The position numbers were made by a program, and so were the translations under genes. A stretch of DNA of 64,000 bases, taken from Camelus dromedarius (Eukaryota). Below, in pieces: positions 23,845 through 38,271 of this stretch. Under the pieces are notes generated by a model. That model was not told where the DNA came from and searched no databases. It saw only the letters and a list, made by a program, of their open reading frames with translations. Every line of letters starts with the position of its first letter. The stretch's first letter is position 1. The stretch covers positions 87,298,001 through 87,362,000 of the forward strand of contig NC_087437.1 in the NCBI RefSeq assembly GCF_036321535.1, given 5' to 3'.

Positions 23845-26800
23845 ACTTTTTAAAATTGAAGTACAGTTGATTTACAATATTGTGTTAGTTTCAGCTGTAC
23901 AGTGTAATGATTCTTTTTGTTTGTTCGCTTTTTCAGATTATATTCCGTTATAGGTGTTTATAAGATATTGGGTATAATTTTCTGTACTATACAGTAGATC
24001 CTTGTGGATCTGTTAATCTTATATTCCTAATTTGTCCTCTCCCCACCCCCCTTCCCCTTTGGTAACCATAGGTTTGATTTTTATGGCTGTCAGTCTGTTT
24101 TTGTTTTGTATATAGATTTATTTGTATTATTTTTTAGATCCTACATATAAGTGGGGCATCATACAGTATTTGGCTTTCTTTATCTGACTTATTTCTCTAA
24201 GTGTAATATTCTCTAGGTCCATTCACGTTGCTGCAATTTGCCTTGTTTTATTCTTTTTTTGCAGCTGAGTAATATTCCATTGTATTTATATACTACATCT
24301 TAAGCCAGTCACCTGTTGACAGGCATTTGGGTTGCTGCTATGTTTTGGCTATTGTACATAGAGCTGCTGTGAACATTGGGGTGCATGTATCTTTTTGGAT
24401 TAGTGTCTGCTTTTTCCAGATATATAAGTAGGAGTAGAATTGCTGGATCATATGGTAGCTCTATTTTTAGTTTATTTTTAGAAACCACCATACCATTTTT
24501 CATAGTGGCTGCACCAACTTACATTCCCACCAACAGTGTAGGAGGGTTTGCTTTTGCTCACACCCTTTCCAGCATTTATTATTTATAGACTTTTTGATGA
24601 TAGCCATTCTGACAGATGTGAGGTGATACCTCATTGTGGTTTTTCTTTGCATATCTCTGATAATTAGAGATGTTGAGCATCTTTTCATGCGTCTATTGGC
24701 CATCTGTATATCTTCTTTGAAAAAAATCTATTTAGATCTTCTGCCCATTTTTAGATTGGGTTGTTTGTTTTTCATATTTATTTGTATGAACTGTTTGTAC
24801 ATTTTGGATATCAAACCCTTGTTGATATCATCACCTGCAGGTATTTTCTCCCATTCTGTAGAATTTATTGTTTCCTTTGCTATCCAAAGTTGTTTTTTTT
24901 TCCCATATGCAAAGCTTTTAATTAGGTTACATTTGTTATTTTTACTTTTATTTCTTTTAGCTTGGGAGACAGATCTAAGAAAATAGTTGCAACTTATGTC
25001 AAAGAATATTTTGCCTGTGTTCTCTTCTGGAAGTTTTATAGTATCATGTCTTATAGTTATAGGAATTTAAACCATTTTGAGTTTATTTGGTATAAGGGAA
25101 TGTTCTAATTTCATTGATCTACGTGTAGCTGTCCAGCTTTCCCAACACTACACGTTGAAGAGATTGTATTTTCTCCAGTGTATATTCTTATCTCCTTTGT
25201 CATAGATTATTTGACCATTGGTGTGTGGGTTTATTTCTGGGCTGTCTATTCTGTTCTGTTGATCTATATGTTTGTTTTGGTATCAATACCAAACTGCTTA
25301 GATTACTATAGCTTTGTAATATAGTTTGAAGTCTGAAAGGGTTGTACTTTCAGGTTTATTCTCTTTACTCAGGATTCCTTTGATAATTCTGGGTCCTCTT
25401 GTTGTTCCTTATAAACTTTAGGACTATTTGTTCTTGTTCTGTAAAAAATGTCATGGGTATTTTGATAGGGATTGAATTAAATCTGCAGATTGCTTCGAGT
25501 AGTATCGCCATTTTAATAATATTTATTTTCCCAATCTAAGAACACAGTATACCTTTCCATTTTTTTAAGTCATCTTCAATTTCTTTTATCAGTGTTTTAT
25601 TGTTTTCAGTGTATAGGTCTTTCACGTCCCATGTTACATTTATTCCTGTTTTGTTTTTTGTTTTTTTTTTTGGATTCAATTTTGAACAGGTTTTTTTTTT
25701 TTTTTTTTTTACTTTCTCTTTCTAAAATTTCATAATGTGTAAAGAAATTTAACAGATTTTTGATATTAATCTTGTAGCTTGCTACCTTGACAAATTCTTG
25801 TATTAATTTTAATAGTTTTTGTGTGGAGACTTTAGGGTTCTCTATATAGAGTGTCATGTCATCTGCAAATGGGGACAGTTTTATCTCTTCGCTTCCAATT
25901 TGAATACTTTTATTTCTTTTTCTTGTCTTATTTCTCTGGCTATGATTTCCAATACTGTGTTGAAGAGAAGTGATGAGAGTGGCCTCCTTGTCTTGTTCCT
26001 GAATTGAGCAGGAAGGCTTTCAAGTTTTCATCATTTATTATGTTCGCTGTGGGTTTGTTGTAAATGTCTTTTTATTTTTTTGAGGTATATTTCCTCTGTA
26101 TCCACCTGGGTGAAACTCTTTCATCATGAGTGGATGTTGAAGTTTGTCAAGTGCTTTTTGTGCATTTATTGAGATGATTATATGATCTTTGTCTTTCCTT
26201 TTGTCAATGTGGTATATCACATTGGTTGATTTTCGTATGTTGAACTGTCCTTATGTCCTGGGAATGAATCCAACTTGGTCGTCTTGTATAATTGTTTCTG
26301 TGTAATACTGGTTTCAATTTTCTCATATTTTGTTGAGAATTTTGCATCTGTACTCATCAAAGATAGTGGCCTGTAATTTTCTTTTCTTGTAGTGTCTTTG
26401 TCTGGTCTTGGTATCAGGGTGATGATGGCCTCTTAGAATGAATTTGGGAGTTTTCCCTCCTTTTAAATTCTTCAGAATAGTTTGAGAAGGATAGGTGTAA
26501 GTTCTTTATATATTTGGTAGAATTCCCAGGTGAAGCTGTCTGGTCCTGGACTTTTGTTTGCAGGGATTTTTTTTTTTTTTAAAATTACAGATTCTATTTC
26601 ACTTCCAGTGATCAGTCCATTCAAATTATCTTTCTTCCTGACTCAGTCTTAGCAGAATGTATGTTTCCAGAAACTCATCCATTTCTTCTAGATTGTTGAG
26701 TTTTTGCTATATAACTATTCATAGTATTCTCTTATTATTTCATTTCTGTGGTTTCAATTACCTCTCCTCTTTTGTTTCTTATTTTGTTTATTTGGCTCCT

Positions 26801-28885
26801 GTTTTCTTCTTGATGAGCCTGGCTAGAGGTTTGTCAGTTTTGTTTATCTTTTCAAAAACTCAGCTCTTAGTTTTATTGGTCTTTTCTATTGTATTTTTTA
26901 ATCTCGCTTTTATTTATTTCCTCTCTGGTCTTTATTATTTTCTTCCTTCTGCCAAAAGGCTTTGTTTTTCTTTATCTAATTCTTTCAGGTGTTAGATTAG
27001 GCGTTTTACATGAGATTTTTCTTGTTTCTTGTGGAAGGCCTGTATTGTTATAAACCCTCTTCTTAGAACTTAGATGCATTTACTGCATCCCATAGATTTT
27101 GTAAAGTTGTGTTTCCATTTTTGTTTGTCTCAGGGTATTTTTTGATTTATTCTTTTGATTTCATTGTTGACCCATTGGTGTTTTAGTAGCATTGTGCTTA
27201 GCCTCCGTGTATTTGTTCTTTTCCCATTTTCCTTTCAGTAGTTGGTTTCTAGTTTCATACTTTTGTGGCCAGAAAAGATCCTTGACATAATTTCTATCAT
27301 AAATTTGTTGGGGTTTGTTTTGTGACCTCATACATGGTCTATCCTAGAGAATATTGCATTCATGCTTTAAAATAATGTATATTCTGTTTTTGTTTTTGCT
27401 TTTGTTTTTAATATAGTGTCCTGTAGCTATCAGTTAAGTCCAGCTGTTCTACTGTGTCACTTAGGACGACCTCTGTCGCCTTACTGATTTTCTGTCTGGA
27501 TGATCTGCCCACTGATGTCAGTGGGGTATTTAAAGTTTCCTAGTATTATTGTCAATTTCTTCTTATATGTCTGTTAGTATTTGTTTTATATTTTTAGGTG
27601 TTCCTATATTGGGTGCATATATGTTAACTTGTGTAATATCCTCTTCTTTCATTATATAAAGCCATTCTTTTTCTTTTTTTATGGCCTTTATTTTAAAGTC
27701 CATTTTGTCTCATATGACTGTTGCTACCCTTGGTTTCTTGTTGCTTCCATTTTCATGAAATATCTTTTTTCATCCCCTCATTTTCAGTCTGTATCTTTCA
27801 CCCTGAAGTGAGTCTCTTGTCAGCACCATATTGCAGGTACTTGTTTTTTTTAATCCAATCTGCCACTCTTGTGTCTTTTGATGGGATCATTTAGTCCATT
27901 GATATCCAAAGTAATTATTGATAGGTGTGTACTTATTGTCATTTTAAACTTTGTTTTCCAGTTGATTTTGTAGTTCTTCTTTCTTCATTTCTTCTTTCTG
28001 TTTTGTTTTGTTTTTCCTGTCGTGGTTTGGTAATTTTCTTTTGTAGTATGCTTGAGTCCCTTTCTTTATGTTTTTTGTGAAACTGTTGTTTATTTTTGAT
28101 TTGTGTTTACCATGGAGTTCAAGTATGTTAACCCATAACTACATCTAGTTGCTTCAAACTGATAGTCATTCAAGTTTAAACACATTATAAAAGATCTACA
28201 TGTTTATATTCCCTTCTTTCACATTTTGTGATTTATATGTCCTGTTTTACATCTTCTTGCTTATCCTTTCATTGTTTATTGTATACTCACTTTTATAACA
28301 TTTTTATTGCTTTTTAATCTGCATCCTGGCTTAAGTGATCTTCAATGCTTACTATATATTTACCTTTTCCTTTGATATTTTCCCTTTCCTGTAGATTCTT
28401 CTTTACAGAAGACCCTTCAACATTTCTTTTAGGGTGGGATTAGTATTGCTTATTGTTTTAGTTTTTGCTTGTCTGAGAAATTTTTTATCTTTCCTTCTAT
28501 TCTAAATGATAATCTTGCTGGCTAAACTATCCTAGGTTGCAGGTTTTTGCCTTTCAAGTCTTTGAATATATCATGCTATTCTGGTCTGCAAAGTTTCTGC
28601 AGAGAAATCTATTGATAGCTGATTCCCTTGTAATCAAAGTGGGATCCTCTTGTAAATGACTCTTTGCTTTCATCTTTCTGCCTTTTGAGTCCTCTACTTA
28701 TCCTTAACTTTTGCCATTTTAATTATGATATGTCTTAGCATGGGTTCATCTTGTTTGGGACCCTCTGAGCTTCTTGTACTTCGTCATCTGTTTCCTCCTT
28801 TAGGTTTGGGAAGTTTTCAGCCATAATTTCTTCAAATACATTTTCAATCCCCTTTTCTCTCTCTTCTCCTGCTGATCCCCTTTTC
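23845..28885 (-). mobile_element. 5'-truncated L1 (cetartiodactyl-type 3' end): ORF2 plus the 3' part of ORF1
   Basis: Minus-strand ORF2p peptides IELPYDPAILLL (24309-24503), [15 protein letters not shown]...[14 protein letters not shown] (24500-24703), MTLYIENPK (25606-25857) and KDHIIISINAQKALDK (26038-26220). Confidence 0.95.
25691..25710 (+). repeat. T20 homopolymer inside the L1
   Basis: Twenty consecutive T. Confidence 0.9.
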
Positions 28886-29369
28886 ATGACTATCCCTGGC
28901 AACTATTATATCCCATTCTCTAACTAATATTTTGAAAAAAATTTTAACAACAAAACCAGTAGGTTCCACTGTCAATGTTTTATCTAATGCACATTTTATT
29001 TTTTTAATTCCAGTTCTCTTACAATCCACCAGTGTCACTCTCTAACTTTAATATGGGGTAGTTAATTATATGTTCTATTCTATTCTTTAGTGATGCACAT
29101 TACTACAATCTTATTTAAATCAAATTAGATGATGGTCTGAGTAATAACCCTAAAGTGAGATGTTGCCTTTCCCTTCCTTTTCGTCAAGTAAATGGCTGCC
29201 CTCCTTGTGTGTACAAAAGGAAAATATGCCTCAAAACATTCTCCAACAAGAATGCTTAGGATTTAAAGTCTTCACATTTTTGAGAGTTCTTATTGGTTTT
29301 TTTGCTAAATTTTTTTTTTGGGGGGGAGATGTATTTATTTTACCAAACATGTGGGATTACTTAATTCTA

Positions 29370-29790
29370 TGTCAGTATGCCAGACAAAGGCGGGACTGGT
29401 GGGCAGCGCTGAGGGTTTATGAGGGAATCTTGGGATGAATGTCTGTGGAAGAAAGGGAAGGAGGAAGCAGGACTGGAGTGAGAAGGAAGTTGGGGTGAAT
29501 TGGGGTGCAGTTCAGCAGCAACAGATGCCAGCCCTGTGGGGAGCTCAGCATCTGGGGTGGGCCTTCAGAGTCATCTTGAATTGTGGTAAGGGTCCAGGGC
29601 TTTTATCCCCCTACATCAACCAGTGATTGGATGCAGGATGCCCTGCAAAGAGGTTGTGATTTGGGGTGAGGCAACTCTCTACTCCAAAGGGAATCCTGAA
29701 GGGGGTTCTCAGCCAGCAGCACTTCAGAAGTGGAGGGAATCAGTCCTTTAGTCCTGACGGGGCATCTGGGCTGCTCATCACAGCATCTTC
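29370..29790 (-). mobile_element. ERVL LTR, LTR16C-like
   Basis: Minus strand reads 'gatgctgtgatgagcagcccagatgccccgtcaggac...catccaatcactggttgatgtagggggataaaagccc...ctctgaaggccc'. Confidence 0.85.
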
Positions 29791-29945
29791 AATGGTCCAT
29801 TTCTTTGCCACTTGGACCCAAGTCGTCTTGTCAGTTTGAAGCAGCTTATTCAGAATTCTGGAAGTCTTTCTTCCTGGGGGAAACAGTCTGGGCAGAGCCA
29901 AGATCTTCTTTTACCCAGTAATCCTGCTGGCAGACAGGTGTGAAT
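29791..29945 (-). mobile_element. 3' end of an ERVL internal region adjoining the LTR16C-like LTR
   Basis: Purine-rich PPT-like 'aaagaaatggacc' directly 5' of the LTR on the minus strand. Confidence 0.5.
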
Positions 29946-32627
29946 GGAACAGAAAGCAGACATCATGGTCTGCTGATTTAATTATTGCTCTACCAAGCAG
30001 CTGACTCAAAGATTTTTGAGAACTTTCTATGGTGTAAGACTTAATGCCTTCCTTGCTTTCCCTAAAGAAGCAATTTACAAATCTACTGGTATTCACCTAT
30101 GAAATAATAGATAAATTCTTTATAAAAATAGCTATAGTGAAACACTGAGTAAATTAGTACTATGAAGGAATAATAACTTTCAAAAAAGAAGAAACCTATT
30201 TATGATGTCCTAAGGAAAAAGCTAAGGAGGTTGCAATCTAGTCAGAGCTGGATGCAGTGTGATCATAAGCAATTTGAAAGAAAATACAGTTTTCCCAAAC
30301 CAAACCATAGTTACATTTTCTCATTTCCTCCATGATTCTTCAGCAACTTAATGAATGTCCTCCCTCTTATCCCAAGTTCAAATTTTATAAAAAGGCTTTA
30401 GTGATTATAGTAGTAAGTCAAGTGACCATGCTCAATCACTAACAACCAGAAAATATTTGTGATACTCTACCAAAGGAAAAACAAATGCCTAGCCAAAAAT
30501 AGTATCAGAAATACCAATTGCAACATATCTTTGGAATTCTCTTATGCTTATATTTTTATATATCTGATTGTGGTTGAGTCTATATGTACTAGTTATCAAA
30601 ATAAAAACTTTACAGCAAAAATGTCAGAGAAATTTTCCCAGTAGTTTACAAACTATAAGACCATATTATGCTCAGTCTTTTCTATGTAAAAATCTTTAGA
30701 CGCCTTATCAATATTAGTGACAATTGTAGTCACTGAAATACTGAATGTTATCACAACTTTATGACACTTATTTAAATATGTGATTCTACATTTTAGTTTA
30801 GCCTGAATTCATAGTTGCTTCAATTAGAACCTATTAATATGACTTAAATCAATAATGTGATCCAAGGGCAAGGAATAATTAGAAATATTTTTATTGAAAA
30901 ATAAAAATTTCAAAACCAGACTATATCTACTCACACTTTCCTTATTTCTTCCAGTGCATTTCCAGCAACTGAATAGCTCTCCATTTAATTTTTTTAATCT
31001 AGATACATATCTGACTGTCAATTTGAAATTGAATTTTGCATCATGTTAAAAATGATTCATTTGCTCTAGAACTGTTTTAACTAAAACTAAAATTGCTACT
31101 TATAAAGAACTGAAACATATTAAAATACATGTAACTATTCCATATTATATTTTGTTGCACTATTATTGCATTATGGATTATATTAAAATAGCAAAGTATT
31201 ATTCTGTGTAAAAAAAAGTACATTTTATATTTTAGGACATTTTTTTCCCAGGTTTTGAGCGAAATATCTCTAAATGTTGTATCTTGTCACCAGTTTTCTG
31301 ACGTCTCTCTTCTGAGTTCAAAAACAGAGAAAAAACTATTAAAAATGAATGTAGGAGTAACAAGATACTATCTGACATGCATTCTTTTCAGTTTAGGAAG
31401 GAGAATTTATTTTGAATTTTTGTCATGACACCAAAAAAGCAGGCAGATCTCTTCAATCCTGTGACTTAGGAAAATCTTAATGGAATGAATGCTCTTTGGT
31501 TATGCTGTTCATTCCTTCAGTACTGGATTCTGAAGCCAGGAGTTTAATTGTGTTGATGACTAACTCCCATTGTGCAAAGAACTTAATTACATACTGTGGT
31601 TCAGTTTCTATTTTGCCAGGCAGTCATTCAGCCATAAAAGAATGCTGTAGAAAGTAAGTGGTAAAATGCAAAAGAAATTGAAAGCACATGATTGTAGTGA
31701 AGAAGCAAGTAAGTAGCTTTCAAAGAAAAGCCAGAATACTTTAACTGGGAGCTGGATCATACTCCTAAAACAAACAAACAAAAAGTTGGCAGCTAAGAAG
31801 AAATACTTTGTAATTTCACTTACTGCTCAGCATTATAAAATTATTGGAACCTATTTTTGTAGTTTGTTTACTAGTCAATCAGTGACATTCATCAAGTGAA
31901 ACTAAATTTTATTTTGAAGTCATAAAAATTTTTAAAAGAATAATATTTCCCTTTTGAGGTAAATGGTTATTCTTCATCTCCTCTCTTGTGAGATTATTTC
32001 AATTTTAAAATTATGATAGAGGCTCCTTGGGAACTAACAGGACAGCTTTGTGATAACCCCTGGTTATTAAGGCAGTCAGTTTGAAGGTTTGGATAGTTTC
32101 TAAAACTTCATGTTGCTTTACTGTTGTTTTGAGTCTAGCTTATAATATCAAGACACAATGGTGAAAATATTAGATGTCTGTCAGTGACAGCACTGGCTTC
32201 AAATCATTAGCTCTGATATATATTTATAAGTGGAATGCTTAGTTTTAGCAGAATATTTTAATATAAGCAGGATCTACATGTCTGAAAGACCTTCTGAGGG
32301 CAGGGGATACAATATACCCTGTAATCAGTAATTATGTCACTCATTAGTTTTTGTTTTAGTAAAAAGATGACAGTTTATCACAATTGCATTTCTGGTGCCT
32401 TATTTTAGCACTTGACAGTCACCATTTAAAGTTGTGCTGATTTATAGTTTGGAGGGATTTAAAAAAATATTTTAATTCATTTTTGTACAGAGTCATTTTA
32501 TCTTCAGTTTAAAACATGTTGAAATTTGGCAAATACAGATGCTAAATAATACATTCCCAGGAATCGTCACGTGGTCTGAGTGAAGGAAGGACATAATGAG
32601 AGGACACAGGAAGCATTCATAAAGCGC

Positions 32628-32862
32628 AGGCAGTAGAGCATGGAGAGTAAAGACACTGACTTTGCAGTCAGATAGGCCTGACGTTTGAGTTCTGACTCTT
32701 ATACACTGGCTGTGTTACCTTGGATACTGCAGTACCTGTAAACTTTTGTTTCTTCATGTATGCACTTACGGGTTACTATGATGTATTGTGCAGGATTGAT
32801 GTGAGCTTTGCATAAGATACTGTGTAATGCTTGACACATAGTAAATGCTCACTAAGCTTGTA
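32628..32862 (+). mobile_element. MIR SINE
   Basis: tRNA-derived head 'ggcagtagagcatggagagtaaagacactgactttgcagtcaga', core 'ggctgtgttaccttgg' and tail 'acacatagtaaatgctca'. Confidence 0.85.
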
Positions 32863-33209
32863 CTGAATTGGTTCCAGCAGTGGGCCTGGAATGATAAGGG
32901 GTCAGTTTCAGCAGCTGTGTGCTACAGTGCTGCCAGGGACCCTCCTCATGAAGCATCTTAGGAAGGAAACCTTTGCCAAGGACTATGAAAACAGTACACT
33001 TATATTCTTGATTCAGAAGAATCAGACCCTAGACCTTCGGGACCCTGAACTCACGTTTCCTGTTGTTTTTGAATCCACGCATTTACCTACTGAGTACAAG
33101 ATATTTGTGAGTGTAGCCTTGATACATAATCTCAAGGATCAATTTATTATATATATTCCTCTGTGAAGTTAAGCAAGCTCTTTAAATGAGTAAGCAAAAT
33201 ATTCTGTTT

Positions 33210-33242
<33 letters not shown>
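33210..33242 (+). repeat. (TTG)11 microsatellite
   Basis: Eleven perfect TTG units. Confidence 0.95.
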
Positions 33243-33245
<3 letters not shown>

Positions 33246-35689
33246 TAACTAGCTTTTCCTTGGAGGTGAGGCAGCAGGGGTAGGATGGTATTTAAGAACT
33301 AGTGAGTTAAAGGCCATTTAGAGGAGGCTAATGTGCCTAAATTTTTTATAGTATTGGAGCACTGGTGCTGGGTACTGGGAAATTATCTTTTATCCTTATA
33401 TGCTCATAGGACTGAAGTTTACAAATTAAGAAGAAATCAGAAAAACTGAAAATGGTACAAAAAAGAATTTTGTTAACCATCTAAACATTGGAAAAATAAG
33501 AATTTATAATTATTTTGCTTGGTAGTGAGAAAACAGGTGTGATCTAATATAGGGAGTAAGGATTCTAATATTCATTTATTACTTAGTATTTGGTTAAATA
33601 GTACAAAATAATGGTGTATTTTAACTTGAGCAATTTAGATCACTAATGAGGAGTAAATATCCTAAAAATGAAAGAGATCTGTGATCAAAAAAGTTTCCTA
33701 GGTTGGTAAAAGAATTATCTTTAACTGTTTTTAAGAACATAGAATATACAATTTAAGAGTTTGGGGATAGGATAAATAATTTCAACTGTACCTATGATTT
33801 TTACCTGTGAAATCTTAGGTTTTGTTTTGTTTTAGAAATAACCCATCTCTCTATTATGCTTAGGTAATAATCTAGCATAGAGACAACTAAATGAATTTTA
33901 TGTTTATTAAATGAAAAAATCATAATTTCCTAATAAGCATAAGGAGACTCAGGAGTTCACTGATTTATTTAAAAATTCATCTTAGACATACAGCAAGATA
34001 ACCTTAGAAAACTGCTCATTTAGATGTACATATCTATTTATGAACATAAATATATCAATATCCTATAGATGATTTTATAGGAGAATGTGAAATTTGCTCC
34101 TGAAATAATAAGGAATAAAAATAGACCAAACTTGTTTGCTCTAATACAGTCCTAAATTGTTAAGAAAGACATAGATCAGAAGAAAACTCTCCAGGGAGAA
34201 TTTGCTAAAGTCATCATCTAATCGTATAATCAATATAAGTAGGTCATGAGAATACTCAAGGTACTTGCCCTCTAGAAGGTCTGACCTAGAAGAATCCCTT
34301 TTTTTGTTTGTTTAATCTTGGTTGGTAATTTGGTAATAACTTAGAGTTGGAAACACATCATCACTGAATATATCAAATGGAAACTGAGAATAAATGAACA
34401 AGTAAACGTTATGGACCTAATATCACTAGATGAAAGGCCTTCAAGATAAATGACTTTGGCTTCTTTAACCCACTATGAATAATTCCTGTTGAGATCTTAG
34501 CTTAGTCATTAAAGATTTTGTAGCACAGATAATAAATGAATATAAACAAACTTGATAACAAAAAATTTCAACTACTTTTTTTCTACTTTCCTTCAAAAAT
34601 CCTCTTTATTTCCCTATTTAATCAATGTTGAGTTGCTATAGAAAATCAGTAAGTCATCAAAGAAATACTTTAAGTGCTTATAGCAAAGGAAAAAAACTGG
34701 TCTCCCTTTCTCCCCAAGAATGCATTATTAAAAAGTCTGTAAGATGTGTTTCAAATATACACCCACGCAACCAGACAACCACTGCCACCACACAGAAAGA
34801 AAATGGTCCAAAAGTGACTTGAACAGAGAGCTCTGTGCATCCTGCAGAAAGCTAGGGCCTTTCAGCATATTTGTGGTTTCACTGCAGGAAGCAGACTCTT
34901 ACTTGTTGATGAAGCTATTACGTAGTTATGAAGCATTGCTTTTTCACTGAGGCTATGCACTATTTTTTTAACTGCTGGTTATAATATAGCATATTTAAAT
35001 TCTTCATCATAAAGCGGAAAACCAAAGAGTGAGATCAATCTCCCACCCAGTTTTGTAGCAAAAATTGCCACCTCCAAGATCAGAGGACAAAATATGTTTC
35101 CACTTATAATTTCCACATGCTTAAAACTTGGCTGTGAAAGGCCAAGTCCCTTCAAACTGATGGAATTTGGCATAGAAACCAGAGAATTGCCTGTATTTAA
35201 AAATAATAATTTTTAATACCTTATTTGCTTCTGTGGAACAAGAATGCCAAAATCCCAAGTTTCTTATAGTCATATTTCCTCTCTTCTAAATTAAATATAT
35301 ATGATTATGATGCTGAAGATGAATGATTTTTAACTATTTTTACATTATACCTAATAAACTAGACAGAAATTTTTGTCTCATTTGTATTAAAAGATTTGGT
35401 GTTATATGAAAGGATGATTTTCAAATGAATTGAATCGTAGGCTAACAGAACTTTAACTTAAAGGTTCTACTTTGTAATGTGGTATATTAATTAAAATACA
35501 GACTTGTGAATTTTTGTTATAATATAGTTATGTATGTATTCTATGATCAGCAGTGATATATGTGTTTCTGTATGTGAGTATGTGCATGTAAACATTTATA
35601 ATATATTTAGAAATGGATTCATTGTATTATAGACTGGATTTGTTTTTAAATTATGCACTAATTATCAGATTTGCTTACGAATATTTGTC

Positions 35690-36023
35690 ATACATGGGAA
35701 GGCTGCATTTTCTCACTTCCCTGAAATTAAGTATGGCCTTGAGCTTCACTTTGCCAATAAAATGTGCCTTTAAGAGCTTGTACACAGTTCTCCCTACTCT
35801 TCTTCCCTGATGCCCAGTCTAAGGGGCCATATGTTTAAGATGGAGCAGTTACAGAATGCTAGACCTTCCCCACTGAGTCACTACATGGAGGACAGTTGCC
35901 TTGGAGAGTTTCCCAGACCCACAGCAGACACTGTGTAAAATGGAAGTAGTGCCTTATGGTGCTAAGGGTCTGCATTTGTATGATGTTTGTTACGGAAGCA
36001 TAATCTAACCTAGTACAATCTAC
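35690..36023 (+). mobile_element. MaLR LTR, MLT1J/I-like
   Basis: 'gccaataaaatgtg', 'tttaagagc', 'aagatggagcagttaca', 'ctgagtcactacatggagga' and 'tgtttgttacggaagcata'. Confidence 0.7.
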
Positions 36024-36025
36024 AG

Positions 36026-36282
36026 CAGCAATGTTCAAACATGTGAAATTATCCTCATCATTAGTGAAATGTGTCGTGTACACTTCCAACATAGATGTCT
36101 TATTTACAAATTTCATAGCTTATTTTGTGTATTTTATGTATTTTGTGTATTATAAGGCATAATCAAAAGGTAAAACTAAAAAGAATAAATTAAAAAACTA
36201 AATTGAGTTCTCTAATACTTTTCCTCCACTCTAATCTATTATCTTTGTTCCTTGATCATCTGCATCCCCTTGGAAATCCCTG
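36026..36282 (-). mobile_element. hAT-Charlie MITE (Charlie4a-like)
   Basis: AT-rich core and 'gagttctctaatactttttcctccactc...ttggaaatccctg' terminus resemble the recalled consensus. Confidence 0.5.
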
Positions 36283-37869
36283 ATCCAGAATTTAGTGGAA
36301 CTGATGAAACTGATACAGAGATAATCAAGGGGAAAATTCACAACCAAATATAAAGAGATACTATAATTTGCAGTTTAACCATTAAATCTCTCAGTAGTGC
36401 AGTGTGTCTCACAGTGTGGCTCGGAACCGTCAGTGCCTTCCTCTGCACTACATTTATCACAATTATTTAGGGGCCTAGTAATCTCTGCGGTACTAGGCCC
36501 ACTATCTGATTCTTACATGTTTTAAGGTGTTATAAGCTTTCCCTTAAAGTGATCTGGAATAAAGAATTTAGGTTTTACTCTCTGTGGCAAATACCCAAAG
36601 GTAATAATACAGATACTACTGAGATTTTTGTGTGTTAAATCTCTACACCTGTCAGGAATGACTAATTTGAAGCTGAAATTCAAAGACAGCATTCAATGTA
36701 ACCAGAGTTTCTTGTGGAAATAATCTTAATTAAAGCATCATTGAGAGAGGAAGTCAAAAGATTACGCTAATGAAATCATTTTGTGAAATGACAGCAAAAC
36801 ATAAAGCTCTAAGAAATTTGAAGTATATAGATACTTGCCACATATGAGCTATATATGGAAAAACAAACAAACAAAAAGACCCTATAAGGATATGTAAGTT
36901 TAGAAAGTGGCAATCACTAACCATTGTTAACTGATCCCATATTTTATTGGCTTGAAGAAATGACATAAATATTTTGGCCATCAAATCTGTGGTTACCACA
37001 CAGGGTTGAAATGGAACCAGTGGTCCACTGTTTTATAACATGGTCCTTCACAAGTCAAATGTTTCAAAGACTATTCAAAGAATAGTTTCCAAACTCAGTG
37101 CAGGTACAGCTTTCATCTCATATTGTATAAACTACTCTATAGTCTAAATAAGTTACCAACATGGGTCAAGTCAGTATTTTCAAACACTAGGATCTTAGTA
37201 AGCTGTACAAAATAGATTAATAAATGGCTTCCAAAATCTATGATAATGTTAATTACCCTATCTTTTGTAATGTGAAGTTCATAGGATACTTTACAGATTC
37301 TGGAATAAAATGTTGGTAATAATAAGAATAATAATTACTACTTTCAGAAGCATTATCTGAGGTGGAAAACAAGGTAAGTTATAGGAACTTACATATGAGT
37401 ATAATGAATTTCTCCTAATAATGAGCTGAGGCTGGTACACAGTCCGACAACTCACTGAGTTCAAGTGTAGGGGCATTTCACTATATAGCGTTCAGTAAAG
37501 AGGCTTATTATTCAATATGATGACAAAATATAGAGTGAATATTAAATTCTTGAATGATAACCAGATTCTCCTCATAAAACTTATTTGTAGCTGTTAAAGC
37601 TTTGCCAAGCAACTTATCGAATGGGTATCAATTCTGGGCAAACTTGCTATGTGTAGGTTGTAATTAGGGAGAATGCAACCCAAAGTAAAGCTCTAAATAA
37701 GTGATCTTCCTCCAGCAAAGGCTTGAAATAAATGCTGACTTTTGAAAATTCTAGAAACATCAAATTGTCCTTTCATTTATTCAGTAATCTATAAAAATTC
37801 TTGCTCTCATCTTCAGTAGATCAGGGAGATAACTCTGAGGAAGACCAAAGCCTTTAAATAAGGTTCATT

Positions 37870-38270
37870 TGTTATTCAACTTCTGTTTGTAGTTGTATAT
37901 CATTCATGCCACTCTTAGACAGTTCTCTTCATCTTTAGGACTGGTATAACATCTGGCACAGTGTAGACACACTCAAAAATACTGCTTGAATGAGTGAATA
38001 CTTAATTAAATACATAGTCGGGTTTGATTTAAATGCAATTTGGGGTAGAATTAACTGCTTACTCTTTTATGTCCCCTGGGTGATTCATGCTTTCCACTAT
38101 TATAGAATTTGCCACTGTAACTTTTATTCATTTATTTTATGTGTCCATCTCACAAACTGTGACCTTTTTTGAGACTAGAGGTCATGACTTAGTTCGGCCT
38201 TATATTCCCAGACCTTGCATCATGTCTGGAAACTTCTAGGTACTCAACAAATATTTGTTCAACTGAATTA
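37870..38270 (+). mobile_element. Two L2 3'-end fragments
   Basis: Tails 'tctggcacagtgtagacacactcaaaaatactgcttgaatgagtgaa' and 'aggtactcaacaaatatttgttcaactgaat'. Confidence 0.7.
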
Positions 38271-38271
38271 A

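Noticed and set aside
34281..34292. 12-mer ctgacctagaag shared with the 38.3-kb palindrome arm
   Set aside because: A single 12-mer match found post hoc, with no flanking similarity.
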